NCBI RefSeq assembly: GCF_009914755.1
Contig: NC_060948.1
DNA: 64,000 nt
Direction: 5' to 3' (one strand)
From: the human T2T-CHM13v2.0 reference genome, Homo sapiens
The notes under the pieces are model-generated. The model made no database searches, was not told the DNA's origin, and was given only the letters and a program-made list of their open reading frames with translations. Within the stretch, counting starts at the first letter, position 1. The number at the start of each line of letters is the position of its first letter. The position numbers were made by a program, and so were the translations under genes. Of this stretch, positions 26,001 through 40,500 are shown piece after piece.

Positions 26001-29000
26001 ATGGAATGGAAAGGATTCGAATGGAATGCAATCGAATGGAATGCAATCGAATGGAATGGAATCGAACGGAATGTAATAAAATGGAAGAAAACTGGCAAGA
26101 AATGGAATCGAAATGAATGGAGTGTTATGGAACGGACTCAAAAGGAATTGAATGTAATAGAATGGAGTGGAGTGGACTCGAATATAATGGACTGGAATGG
26201 AATGAAATCACATGGAATGGGAACGAATGGAATGGAATGGAAAGGAATGGAATGGAAAGGAATGGAATCGAATGGAAAGGAATCGAATGGAAGGGAATGA
26301 AATTGAATCAACAGGAATGGAAGGAAGTAGAATAGACGGTAATGGAATGGACTCGAATAGAATGGACACGAATGCTCAAATTGAATGGACTCGAATGGAA
26401 TGGAAACGAAAGGAATGTCGTCGAATGGAATTGAATCGATTGGAATGAAATGGCATAGAATGGAGTGGAATCAAATGGAATTGAATCGAAAGGAAAGGAA
26501 GCGAATGGTCTGAAATGAAATGGAATGGAATTGAATGGAAAGTAATGCAAGGGAATAGAATGGAACGAAATTTCACGGAATGGAATCAAACTGAATGGAA
26601 TCAAATCAATGGAATATAATCAAATGGCATGGAAAGGAATTGAATGGAGTAGATTGGATTGGATGGGATTGGAATGAAATGTACTGGAAAGGACTCGAAT
26701 TTCATGAAATGGAATGGAATGAACTGGAACGGAATGGACTCGAATGGAATGGAATGTCATGGAATGGCATCAAATGGAATGGCATCAAATGGAATGGAAT
26801 CGAATGCAATGGAATGTTATGGAATGGAATGGAATGCATTGGAATGGAATGTCCCCTAATGGAATGGATTCGAGTGGAATGGAATCGAATATAATGGAGT
26901 CGAATGAAATGGAATTGAAAGGAAAGGGATCGAATACAATGGAATATACTGGAATGTAATGTAATGAACTCGAATGTAATTGACTAGAATGGAATGTACA
27001 TGAATGGAATGTAATCGAATGGAAAATAATCTCATGGAATAGAATCTAATGCAATAAAATCGACTCAAATAGAATAGAATGGAATGGAATGGAGTGCAGT
27101 GCAATGGAATGGAATGGAATGGAATGCAATGGAATGGAATGGAATGGGATGGAATGGTATGGGATGGATAGAAATGGACTGGAGTGAAATGGACTGGAAA
27201 GTAATGGACTCAAATTGAAAGAGCTCGAAAGAATGGAGTCAAATGGAATGGTCTGGAATGGAATGAACACGAATGTAATGCAATCCAATAGAATGGAATC
27301 GAATGGCATGGAATATAAAGAAATGGAATCGAAGAGAATGGAAACGAATGGAATGGAATTGAATGGAATGGAATTGAATGGAATGGGAACGAATGGAGTG
27401 AAATTGTATGCAGTAGAAGAGAATAGAATGGAATGCAAGCGAAATTAAAGGAATGGATTGGAATGGAATGGAATTCATTGGAATGGAAGGGAATGTATTG
27501 CAATGGACAGGCCTTTAATAAAGTGGAATGCTACGGTCTCGAATGGAATAAAAATGTATGGAATGGAATTCAATGAAACGGAATCGAATGTCATAGAATG
27601 TAATGGAATGCAAAAAAATGGAATCCAAAATCATTGACTGGAAAGGCTGGGTGTCGAAAGGAATTGACTCCAATGGAATGAAATCGAATGGAATGGAAGT
27701 GAATAGAATCGAAGTAAATCGAATGGAATGGAATTGTTAGGAACGGAATGGAAAGGAGTGCAATGATTTGGCATGGAATGGAATCGAATGGCATTGAATG
27801 AAGTGGAATGGAATGCAATGGAATGGAATGTATTAGAATGTAATGAACATTAATGGAATGTACTCGAATGGATTCGACTGGAATGGAATGTTCTGGAAGT
27901 GAATGGACTCCAATGGAATGGATTCGAAAGGAATGGAAACTAATGGAATGGAATTAAATGGAAACGAATCAAATTGAATAGCACGGAATTGAATTGAATG
28001 GAATCGAATGCAATGGAATCTAATGAAATGGAAAGGAAAGGAATGGAATGGAATGGAATGGGCTGGAGTTGAATGGAATCGATACGAATGGAATGGAATA
28101 GAACTGAAGAGACTGGAATGGAATTCACTGGAATGGAAGGGAGTGTAATGGAAGGATCTCGAAAAAAATGGAATCGAATGGAATGGAATTGAATGGAACG
28201 GAATAGAGTCGAATGGAATTCAATGGAATTGAATGGACTAGAGTGAAATGGAATCGAACCACAAGGAATGGAGAGGAATAGAATGGTCTCGAATTGAATG
28301 GAATCGTATGGAATGACATCAAACGGAATGGAATGGACAGCCACGGAATGGAATGCACTCGAATGCAATGGAGTCGAAACTAATGGACTGGAATAGAATG
28401 GACTCGACTGGTACGGACTCCAATGGAATGGAATCGAAAGGAAGGCAATCGAACGGAATGGACTCGAAGGGAAAAGACTGCAATGGAAAGGTCTCGAATG
28501 GAATGGAAATTAATGGAATGGAATGGAATCGAATGAAATGGAGTCAAAAGGAATGGAATCGAATGGCAAGAAATCGAATGTAATGGAATCGCAAGGAATT
28601 GATGTGAACGGAACGGAATGGAATGGAATCCAAAGGAATGGAATAGAATGGAATGGAATCGAATGGAAAGGACTCGAATGGAAATCACTCGAATAGAATG
28701 CAATTTAATAAAATAGGATCAAATGTAATGGAATGGAATGGAAAGGAATCGAAACGAAAGGAATGGAGACAGATGGAATGGAATGGAACAGAGAGCAATG
28801 GTATAGAATGGAATGGAATCATCTGGAATGGAATTGAATGGAATGGAATAACATGAAAAGGAATGGAATGGAATGGAATGCCCTTGAATTAAATGGACTG
28901 GAATGGAATGGACTCGAACAGAGTGTAATGGAAAGTGTTGAAATAGAATGGAATGGACTCCTTTGGAATGGTCTAGTATGCAATGCAATCGACTGGCAGG

Positions 29001-30099
29001 GAATCAAAAGGAATGTAATCGAATGGATTGGACTGGAATGCAATGGACTCGAATAGATTGGAAACGGAATGCAAAGGAATGGAATGGAATAGTATGGAAT
29101 GGAATGGAAAGGAATGGAGTGGAATAGACTAGAGTGGAATGGAATGGACTGGAAAGCAATGGACTGGAATGGAACTTTCTTGAATGGACTGGAATCAAAC
29201 GGAATGGAATGCAATGCAATCAAATGGCATGGAATAAAATGGAATGAAAGGGAATCAAATGGAATTGAATCGAATGGAATCGAATGGATTGGAAAGGAAT
29301 AGAATGGAATGGAATGGAATTGACTCAAATGGAATGGACTAGAATGGAATGGATTCGAATGGAAGGCAAAGGAATGGAATCTATTGGAATGGACTGTAAT
29401 GGAATGGAATGGAAGGGATTGGAATGGACTCGAATGGAATGGACTGCAATAGAAAGGATTCGAATGGAATGAAAAAGAATTGAATGGAATAGAACAGAAT
29501 GGAATCAAATCGAATGAAATGGAATGGAATAGAAAGGAATGGAATGAAATGGAATGGAAAGGATTCGAATGGAATGCAATCGAATGGAATGGAATCGAAC
29601 GGAATGGAATAAAATGGAAGAAAACTGGCAAGAAATGGAATCGAAATGAATGGAGTGTTATGGAACGGACTCAAAAGGAATTGAATGTAATAGAATGGAG
29701 TGGAGTGGACTCGAATATAATGGACTGGAATGGAATGAAATCACATGGAATGGGAACGAATGGAATGGAATGGAAAGGAATGGAATCGAATGGAAAGGAA
29801 TCGAATGGAAGGGAATGAAATTGAATCAACAGGAATGGAAGGGAATAGAATAGACGGTAATGGAATGGACTCGAATAGAATGGACACGAATGCTCAAATT
29901 GAATGGACTCGAATGGAATGGAAACGAAAGGAATGTCATCGAATGGAATTGAATCGATTGGAATGAAATGGCATAGAATGGAGTGGAATCAAATGGAATT
30001 GAATCGAAAGGAAAGGAAGCGAATGGACTGAAATGAAATGGAATGGAATTGAATGGAAAGTAATGCAATGGAATAGAATGGAACGAAATTTCACGGAAT

Positions 30100-33000
30100 G
30101 GAATCAAATCAATGGAATCAAATCAAATGGAATGGAAAGGAATAGAATGGAGTAGATTGGATTGGATGGGATTGGAATGAAATGTACTGGAAAGGACTCG
30201 AATTTCATGAAACGGAATGGAATGAATTGGAACGGAATGGACTCGAATGGAATGGAATGTCATGGAATGGCATCAAATGGAATGGCATCAAATGGAATGG
30301 AATCGAATGCAATGGAATGCTATGGAATGGAATGGAATGCATTGGAATGGAATGTCCTCTAATGGAATGGATTCGAGTGGAATGGAATCGAATATAATGG
30401 AGTCGAATGAAATGGAATTGAAAGGAATGGGATCGAATACAATGGAATATACTGGAATGTAATGTAATGAACTCGAATGTAATTGACTGGAATGGAATGT
30501 ACATGAATGGAATGTAATCGAATGGAAAGTAATCCAATGGAATAGAATCTAATGCAATAAAATCGACTCAGATAGAGTAGAATGTAATGGAATGGAGTGC
30601 AGTGCAATGGAATGGAATGGAATGGAATGCAATGGAATGGAATGGAATGGAATGGAATGGGATGGAATGGGATGGAATGGTATGGAATGGATAGTAATGG
30701 ACTGGAGTGAAATGGACTGGAAAGGAATGGACTCAAATTGAAAGGGCTCGAAAGGAATGGAGTCAAATGGAATGGTCTGGAATGGAATGAACACGAATGT
30801 AATGCAATCCAATAGAATGGAATCGAATGGCATGGAATATAAAGAAATGGAATCGAAGAGAATGGAAACAAATGGAATGGAATTGAATGGAATGGAATTG
30901 AATGGAATGGGAACGAATGGAGTGAAATTGTATGCAGTAGAAGGGAATAGAATGGAATGCAAGCGAAAGGAAAGGAATGGATTGGAATGGAATGGAATTC
31001 ATTGGAATGGAAGGGAATGTAGTGTAATGGACAGGCCTGGAATAAAGTGGAATGCTACGGTCTCGAATGGAATAAAAATGTATGGAATGGAATGCAATGA
31101 AACGGAATCGAATGTCATAGAATGTAATGGAATGCAAAAAAATGGAATCCAAAATCATTGACTGGAAAGGCTGGGTGTCGAAAGGAATTGACTCCAATGG
31201 AATGGAATCAAATGGAATGGAAGTGAACAGAATCGAACTAAATCGAATGGAATGGAATTGATAGGAACGGAATGGAAAGGAATGCAATGATTTGGCATGG
31301 AATGGAGTCGAATGGCATCGAATGGAATGGAATGGAATGCAATGGAATGGAATGTATTAGAATGTAATGAACTTTAATGGAATGTACTCGAATGGATTCG
31401 ACTGGAATGGAATGTTCTGGAAGTGAATGGACTCCAATGGAATGGATTCAAAAGGAATGGAATCGTACGGAAAGGAATCTAATGGAATGGAATTAAATGG
31501 AAAAGAATCAAATTGAATAGCACGGAATTGAATTGAATGGAATCGAATGCAATGGAATCTAATGAAACGGAAAGGAAAGGAATGGAATGGAATGGAATGG
31601 GCTGGAATGGAAAGGAATCGAAACGAATGGAATGGAATCGAACTGAAGAGACTGGAATGGAATGCACTGGAATGGAAGGGAGTGTAATGGAAGGTTCTCG
31701 AAAAAAATGGAATCGAATGGAATGGAATTGAATGGAACGGAATAGAGTCGAATGGAATTGAATGGAATGGAATGGACTAGAGTGAAATGGAATCGAACCA
31801 CAAGGAATGGACAGGAATAGAATGGTCTCGAATTGAATGGAATCGTATGGAATGGCATCAAACGGAATGGAATGGACAGCCACGGAATGGAATGCACTCG
31901 AATGCAATGGAGTCGAAACTAATGGACTGGAATAGAATGGACTCGACTGGTACGGACTCCAATGGAATGGAATCGAATGGAAGGGAATCGAACGGAATGG
32001 ACTCGAAGGGAAAAGACTGCAATGGAAAGGTCTCGAATGGAATGGAAATTAATGGAATGGAATGGAATCGAATGAAATGGAGTCAAAAGGAATGGAATCG
32101 AATGGCAAGAAATCGAATGTAATGGAATCGCAAGGAATTGATGTGAACGGAACGGAATGGAATGGAATCCAAAGGAATGGAATAGAATGGAATGGAATCG
32201 AATGGAAAGGACTCGAATGGAAATCACTCGAATAGAATGCAATTTAATAAAATAGGATCAAATGTAATGGAATGGAATGGAAAGGAATCGAAACGAAAGG
32301 AATGGAGACAGATGGAATGGAATGGAACAGAGAGCAATGGTATAGAATGGAATGGAATCATCTGGAATGGAATTGAATGGAATGGAATAATATGAAATGG
32401 AATGGAATGGAATGGAATGGAATGGAATGGAATGCCCTTGAATTAAATGGACTGGAATGGAATGGACTCGAACAGAGTGGAATGGAAAGTTTTGAGATAG
32501 AATGGAATGGACTCCTTTGGAATGGTGTAGTATGCAATGCAATCGACTGGCAGGGAATCAAAAGGAATGTAATCGAATGGATTGGACTGGAATGCAATGG
32601 ACTCGAATAGATTGGAAACGGAATGCAAAGGAATGGAATGGAATAGTATGGAATGGAATGGAAAGGAATGGAGTGGAATAGACTAGAGTGGAATGGAATG
32701 GACTGGAAAGCAATGGACTGGAATGGAACTTTCTTGAATGGAGTGGAATCAAACGGAATGGAATGCAATGCAATCAAATGGCATGGAATAAAATAGAATG
32801 AAAGAGAATCAAATGGAATTGAATCGAATGGAATCGAATGGATTGGAAAGGAATAGAATGGAATGGAATGGAATTGACTCAAATGGAATGGACTAGAATG
32901 GAATGGATTCGAATGGAAGGCAAAGGAATGGAATCTTTTGGAATGGACTGTAATGGAATGGAATGGAAGGGATTGGAATGGACTCGAATGGAATGGACTG

Positions 33001-36000
33001 CAATAGATAGGATTCGAATGGAATGAAAAAGAATTGAATGGAATAGAACAGAATGGAATCAAATCGAATGAAATGGAATGGAATAGAAAGGAATGGAATG
33101 AAATGGAATGGAAAGGATTCGAATGGAATGCAATCGAATGGAATGGAATCGAACGGAATGGAATAAAATGGAAGAAAACTGGCAAGAAATGGAATCGAAA
33201 TGAATGGAGTGTTATGGAACGGACTCAAAAGGAATTGAACGTAATAGAATGGAGTGGAGTGGACTCGAATATAATGGACTGGAATGAAATGAAATCACAT
33301 GGAATGGGAACGAATGGAATGGAATGGAAAGGAATGGAATCGAATGGAAAGGAATCGAATGGAAGGGAATGAAATTGAATCAACAGGAATGGAAGGGAAT
33401 AGAATAGACGGTAATGGAATGGACTCGAATAGAATGGACACGAATGCTCAAATTGAATGGACTCGAATGGAATGGAAACGAAAGGAATGTCATCGAATGG
33501 AATTGAATCGATTGGAATGAAATGGCATAGAATGGAGTGGAATCAAATGGAATTGAATCGAAAGGAAAGGAAGCGAATGGACTGAAATGAAATGGAATGG
33601 AATTGAATGGAAAGTAATGCAATGGAATAGAATGGAACGAAATTTCACGGAATGGAATCAAACTGAATGGAATCAAATCAATGGAATCAAATCAAATGGA
33701 ATGGAAAGGAATTGAATGGAGTAGATTGGATTGGATGGGATTGGAATGAAATGTACTGGAAAGGACTCGAATTTCATGAAACGGAATGGAATGAATTGGA
33801 ACGGAATGGACTCGAATGGAATGGAATGTCATGGAATGGCATCAAATGGAATGGCATCAAATGGAATGGAATCGAATGCAATGGAATGCTATGGAATGGA
33901 ATGGAATGCATTGGAATGGAATGTCCTCTAATGGAATGGATTCGAGTGGAATGGAATCTAATATAATGGAGTCGAATGAAATGGAATTGAAAGGAGTGGG
34001 ATCGAATACAATGGAATATACTGGAATGTAATGTAATGAACTCGAATGTAATTGACTGGAATGGAATGTACATGAATGGAATGTAATCGAATGGAAAGTA
34101 ATCCAATGGAATAGAATCTAATGCAATAAAACCGACTCAGATAGAGTAGAATGTAATGGAATGGAGTGCAGTGCAATGGAATGGAATGGAATGGAATGCA
34201 ATGCAATGGAATGGAATGGAATGGAATGGAATGGAATGGAATGGAATGGAATGGGAGGGAATGGGATGGGATGGAATGGTATGGAATGGATAGTAATGGA
34301 CTGGAGTGAAATGGACTGGAAAGGAATGGACTCAAATTGAAAGGGCTCGAAAGGAATGGAGTCAAATGGAATGGTCTGGAATGGAATGAACACGAATGTA
34401 ATGCAATCCAATAGAATGGAATCGAATGGCATGGAATATAAAGAAATGGAATCGAAGAGAATGGAAACAAATGGAATGGAATTGAATGGAATGGAATTGA
34501 ATGGAATGGGAACGAATGGAGTGAAATTGTATGCAGTAGAAGGGAATAGAATGGAATGCAAGCGAAAGGAAAGGAATGGATTGGAATGGAATGGAATTCA
34601 TTGGAATGGAAGGGAATGTAGTGTAATGGACAGGCCTGGAATAAAGTGGAATGCTACGGTCTCGAATGGAATAAAAATGTATGGAATGGAATGCAATGAA
34701 ACGGAATCGAATGTCATAGAATGTAATGGAATGCAACAAAATGGAATCCAAAATCATTGACTGGAAAGGCTGGGTGTCGAAAGGAATTGACTCCAATGGA
34801 ATGGAATCGAATGGAATGGAAGTGAATAGAATCGAACTAAATCGAATGGAATGGAATTGATAGGAACGGAATGGAAAGGAATGCAATGATTTGGCATGGA
34901 ATGGAATCGAATGGCATCGAATGGAATGGAATGGAATGCAATGGAATGGAATGTATTAGAATGTAATGAACTTTAATGGAATGTACTCGAATGGATTCGA
35001 CTGGAATGGAATGTTCTGGAAGTGAATGGACTCCAATGGAATGGATTCCAAAGGAATGGAATCGTACGGAATGGAATCTAATGGAATGGAATTAAATGGA
35101 AATGAATCAAATTGAATAGCACGGAATTGAATTGAATGGAATGGAATGCAATGGAATCTAATGAAACGGAAAGGAAAGGAATGGAATGGAATGGAATGGG
35201 CTGGAATGGAAAGGAATCGAAACGAATGGAATGGAATCGAACTGAAGAGACTGGAATGGAATGCACTGGAATGGAAGGGAGTGTAATGGAAGGTTCTCGA
35301 AAAAAATGCAATCGAATGGAATGGAATTGAATGGAACGGAATAGAGTCGAATGGAATTGAATGGAATGGAATGGACTAGAGTGAAATGGAATCGAACCAC
35401 AAGGAATGGACAGGAATAGAATGGTCTCGAATTGAATGGAATCGTATGGAATGGCATCAAACGGAATGGAATGGACAGCCACGGAATGGAATGCACTCGA
35501 ATGCAATGGAGTCGAAACTAATGGACTGGAATAGAATGGACTCGACTGGTACGGACTCCAATGGAATGGAATCGAATGGAAGGGAATCGAACGGAATGGA
35601 CTCGAAGGGAAAAGACTGCAATGGAAAGGTCTCGAATGGAATGGAAATTAATGGAATGGAATGGAATCGAATGAAATGGAGTCAAAAGGAATGGAATCGA
35701 ATGGCAAGAAATCGAATGTAATGGAATCGCAAGGAATGGATGTGAACGGAACGGAATGGAATGGAATCCAAAGGAATGGAATAGAATGGAATGGAATCGA
35801 ATGGAAAGGACTCGAATGGAAATCACTCGAATAGAATGCAATTTAATAAAATAGGATCAAATGTAATGGAATGGAATGGAAAGGAATCGAAACGAAAGGA
35901 ATGGAGACAGATGGAATGGAATGGAACAGAGAGCAATGGTATAGAATGGAATGGAATCATCTGGAATGGAATTGAATGGAATGGAATAATATGAAATGGA

Positions 36001-37300
36001 ATGGAATGGAATGGAATGGAATGGAATGCCCTTGAATTAAATGGACTGGAACGGAATGGACTCGAACAGAGTGGAATGGAAAGTTTTGAGATAGAATGGA
36101 ATGGACTCCTTTGGAATGGTGTAGTATGCAATGCAATCGACTGGCAGGGAATCAAAAGGAATGTAATCGAATGGATTGGACTGGAATGCAATGGACTCGA
36201 ATAGATTGGAAACGGAATGCAAAGGAATGGAATGGAATAGTATGGAATGGAATGGAAAGGAATGGAGTGGATTAGACTAGAGTGGAATGGAATGGACTGG
36301 AAAGCAATGGACTGGAATGGAACTTTCTTGAATGGACTGGAATCAAACGGAATGGAATGCAATGCAATCAAACGGCATGGAATAAAATAGAATGAAAGAG
36401 AATCAAATGGAATTGAATCGAATGGAATCGAATGGATTGGAAAGGAATAGAATGGAATGGAATGGAATTGACTCAAATGGAATGGACTAGAATGGAATGG
36501 ATTCGAATGGAAGGCAAAGGAATGGAATCTTTTGGAATGGACTGTAATGGAATGGAATGGAAGGGATTGGAATGGACTCGAATGGAATGGACTGCAATAG
36601 ATAGGATTCGAATGGAATGAAAAAGAATTGAATGGAATAGAACAGAATGGAATCAAATCGAATGAAATGGAATGGAATAGAAAGGAATGGAATGAAATGG
36701 AATGGAAAGGATTCGAATGGAATGCAATCGAATGGAATGGAATCGAACGGAATGGAATAAAATGGAAGAAAACTGGCAAGAAATGGAATCGAAATGAATG
36801 GAGTGTTATGGAACGGACTCAAAAGGAATTGAATGTAATAGAATGGAGTGGAGTGGACTCGAATATAATGGACTGGAATGGAATGAAATCACATGGAATG
36901 GGAACGAATGGAATGGAATGGAAAGGAATGGAATCGAATGGAAAGGAATCGAATGGAAGGGAATGAAATTGAATCAACAGGAATGGAAGGGAATAGAATA
37001 GACGGTAATGGAATGGACTTGAATAGAATGGACACGAATGCTCAAATTGAATGGACTCGAATGGAATGGAAACGAAAGGAATGTCATCGAATGGAATTGA
37101 ATCGATTGGAATGAAATGGCATAGAATGGAGTGGAATCAAATGGAATTGAATCGAAAGGAAAGGAAGCGAATGGACTGAAATGAAATGGAATGGAATTGA
37201 ATGGAAAGTAATGCAATGGAATAGAATGGAACGAAATTTCACGGAATGGAATCAAACTGAATGGAATCAAATCAATGGAATCAAATCAAATGGAATGGAA
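30100..37300. repeat. Related monomer pair, period ~3594-3599 bp (longest monomers)
   Basis: Shared variants gtagaagggaatag (~30937/~34536), aagttttgag (~32487/~36081), gaatcttttgg (~32931/~36525) and atagatagg (~33003/~36597). Confidence 0.75.
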
Positions 37301-37599
37301 AGGAATTGAATGGAGTAGATTGGATTGGATGGGATTGGAATGAAATGTACTGGAAAGGACTCGAATTTCATGAAACGGAATGGAATGAATTGGAACGGAA
37401 TGGACTCGAATGGAATGGAATGTCATGGAATGGCATCAAATGGAATGGCATCAAATGGAATGGAATCGAATGCAATGGAATGCTATGGAATGGAATGGAA
37501 TGCATTGGAATGGAATGTCCTCTAATGGAATGGATTCGAGTGGAATGGAATCGAATATAATGGAGTCGAATGAAATGGAATTGAAAGGAATGGGATCGA

Positions 37600-40500
37600 A
37601 TACAATGGAATATACTGGAATGTAATGTAATGAACTCGAATGTAATTGACTGGAATGGAATGTACATGAATGGAATGTAATCGAATGGAAAGTAATCCAA
37701 TGGAATAGAATCTAATGCAATAAAATCGACTCAGATAGAGTAGAATGTAATGGAATGGAGTGCAGTGCAATGGAATGGAATGGAATGGAATGCAATGGAA
37801 TGGAATGTTATGGAATGGAATGGGATGGAATGGTATGGAATGGACAGTAATGGACTGGAGTGAAATGGACTGGAAAGGAATGGACTCAAATTGAAAGGGC
37901 TCGAAAGGAATGGAGACAAATGGAATGGTCTGGAATGGAATGAACACGAATGTAATGCAATCCAATAGAATGGAGTCGAATGGCATGGAATATAAAGAAA
38001 TGGAATCGAAGAGAATGGAAACAAATGGAATGGAATTGAATGGAATGGAATTGAATGGAATGGGAACGAATGGAGTGAAATTGTATGCAGTAGAAGAGAA
38101 TAGAATGGAATGCAAGCGAAAGGAAAGGAATGGATTGGAATGGAATGGAATTCATTGGAATGGAAGGGAATGTAGTGTAATGGACAGGCCTGGAATAAAG
38201 TGGAATGCTACGGTCTCGAATGGTATAAAAATGTATGGAATGGAATGCAATGAAACGGAATCGAATGTCATAGAATGTAATGGAATGCAAAAAAATGGAA
38301 TCCAAAATCATTGACTGGAAAGGCTGGGTGTCGAAAGGAATTGACTCCAATGGAATGGAATCGAATGGAATGGAAGTGAATAGAATCGAACTAAATCGAA
38401 TGGAATGGAATTGATAGGAACGGAATGGAAAGGAATGCAATGATTTGGCATGGAATGCAATCGAATGGCATCGAATGGAATGGAATGGAATGCAATGGAA
38501 TGGAATGTATTAGAATGTAATGAACTTTAATGGAATGTACTCGAATGGATTCGACTGGAATGGAATGTTCTGGAAGTGAATGGACTCCAATGGAATGGAT
38601 TCCAAAGGAATGGAATCGTACGGAATGGAATCTAATGGAATGGAATTAAATGGAAATGAATCAAATTGAATAGCACGGAATTGAATTGAATGGAATGGAA
38701 TGCAATGGAATCTAATGAAACGGAAAGGAAAGGAATGGAATGGAATGGAATGGGCTGGAATGGAAAGGAATCGAAACGAATGGAATGGAATCGAAGTGAA
38801 GAGACTGGAATGGAATGCACTGGAATGGAAGGGAGTGTAATGGAAGGTTCTCGAAAAAAATGGAATCGAATGGAATGGAATTGAATGGAACGGAATAGAG
38901 TCGAATGGAATTGAATGGAATGGAATGGACTAGAGTGAAATGGAATCGAACCACAAGGAATGGACAGGAATAGAATGGTCTCGAATTGAATGGAATCGTA
39001 TGGAATGGCATCAAACGGAATGGAATGGACAGCCACGGAATGGAATGCACTCGAATGCAATGGAGTCGAAACTAATGGACTGGAATAGAATGGACTCGAC
39101 TGGTACGGACTCCAATGGAATGGAATCGAATGGAAGGGAATCGAACGGAATGGACTCGAAGGGAAAAGACTGCAATGGAAAGGTCTCGAATGGAATGGAA
39201 ATTAATGGAATGGAATGGAATCGAATGAAATGGAGTCAAAAGGAATGGAATCGAATGGCAAGAAATCGAATGTAATGGAATCGCAAGGAATTGATGTGAA
39301 CGGAACGGAATGGAATGGAATCCAAAGGAATGGAATAGAATGGAATGGAATCGAATGGAAAGGACTCGAATGGAAATCACTCGAATAGAATGCAATTTAA
39401 TAAAATAGGATCAAATGTAATGGAATGGAATGGAAAGGAATCGAAACGAAAGGAATGGAGACAGATGGAATGGAATGGAACAGAGAGCAATGGTATAGAA
39501 TGGAATGGAATCATCTGGAATGGAATTGAATGGAATGGAATAATATGAAATGGAATGGAATGGAATGGAATGGAATGCCCTTGAATTAAATGGACCGGAC
39601 TCGAACAGAGTGGAATGGAAAGTGTTGAGATAGAATGGAATGGACTCCTTTGGAATGGTGTAGTATGCAATGCAATCGACTGGCAGGGAATCAAAAGGAA
39701 TGTAATGGAATGGATTGGACTGGAATGCAATGGACTCGAATAGATTGGAAACGGAATGCAAAGGAATAGAATGGAATAGTATGGAATGGAATGGAAAGGA
39801 ATGGAGTGGAATAGACTAGAGTGGAATGGAATGGACTGGAAAGCAATGGACTGGAATGGAACTTTCTTGAATGGACTGGAATCAAACGGAATGGAATGCA
39901 ATGCAATCAAATGGCATGGAATAAAATAGAATGAAAGAGAATCAAATGGAATTGAATCGAATGGAATCGAATGGATTGGAAAGGAATAGAATGGAATGGA
40001 ATGGAATTGACTCAAATGGAATGGACTAGAATGGAATGGATTCGAATGGAAGGCAAAGGAATGGAATCTATTGGAATGGACTGTAATGGAATGGAATGGA
40101 AGGGATTGGAATGGACTCGAATGGAATGGACTGCAATAGAAAGGACTCGAATGGAATGAAAAAGAATTGAATGGAATAGAACAGAATGGAATCAAATCGA
40201 ATGAAATGGAATGGAATAGAAAGGAATGGAATGAAATGGAATGGAAAGGATTCGAATGGAATGCAATCGAATGGAATGGAATCGAACGGAATGGAATAAA
40301 ATGGAAGAAAACTGGCAAGAAATGGAATCGAAAGGAATGGAGTGTTATGGAACGGACTCAAAAGGAATTGAATGTAATAGAATGGAGTGGAGTGGACTCG
40401 AATATAATGGACTGGAATGGAATGAAATCACATGGAATGGGAACGAATGGAATGGAATGGAAAGGAATGGAATCGAATGGAAAGGAATCGAATGGAAGGG

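Noticed and set aside
34178-34270. SCA31-like pathogenic (TGGAA)n expansion
   Set aside because: Only about 9-10 pure copies, embedded in satellite DNA rather than a gene intron. This is ordinary slippage variation.
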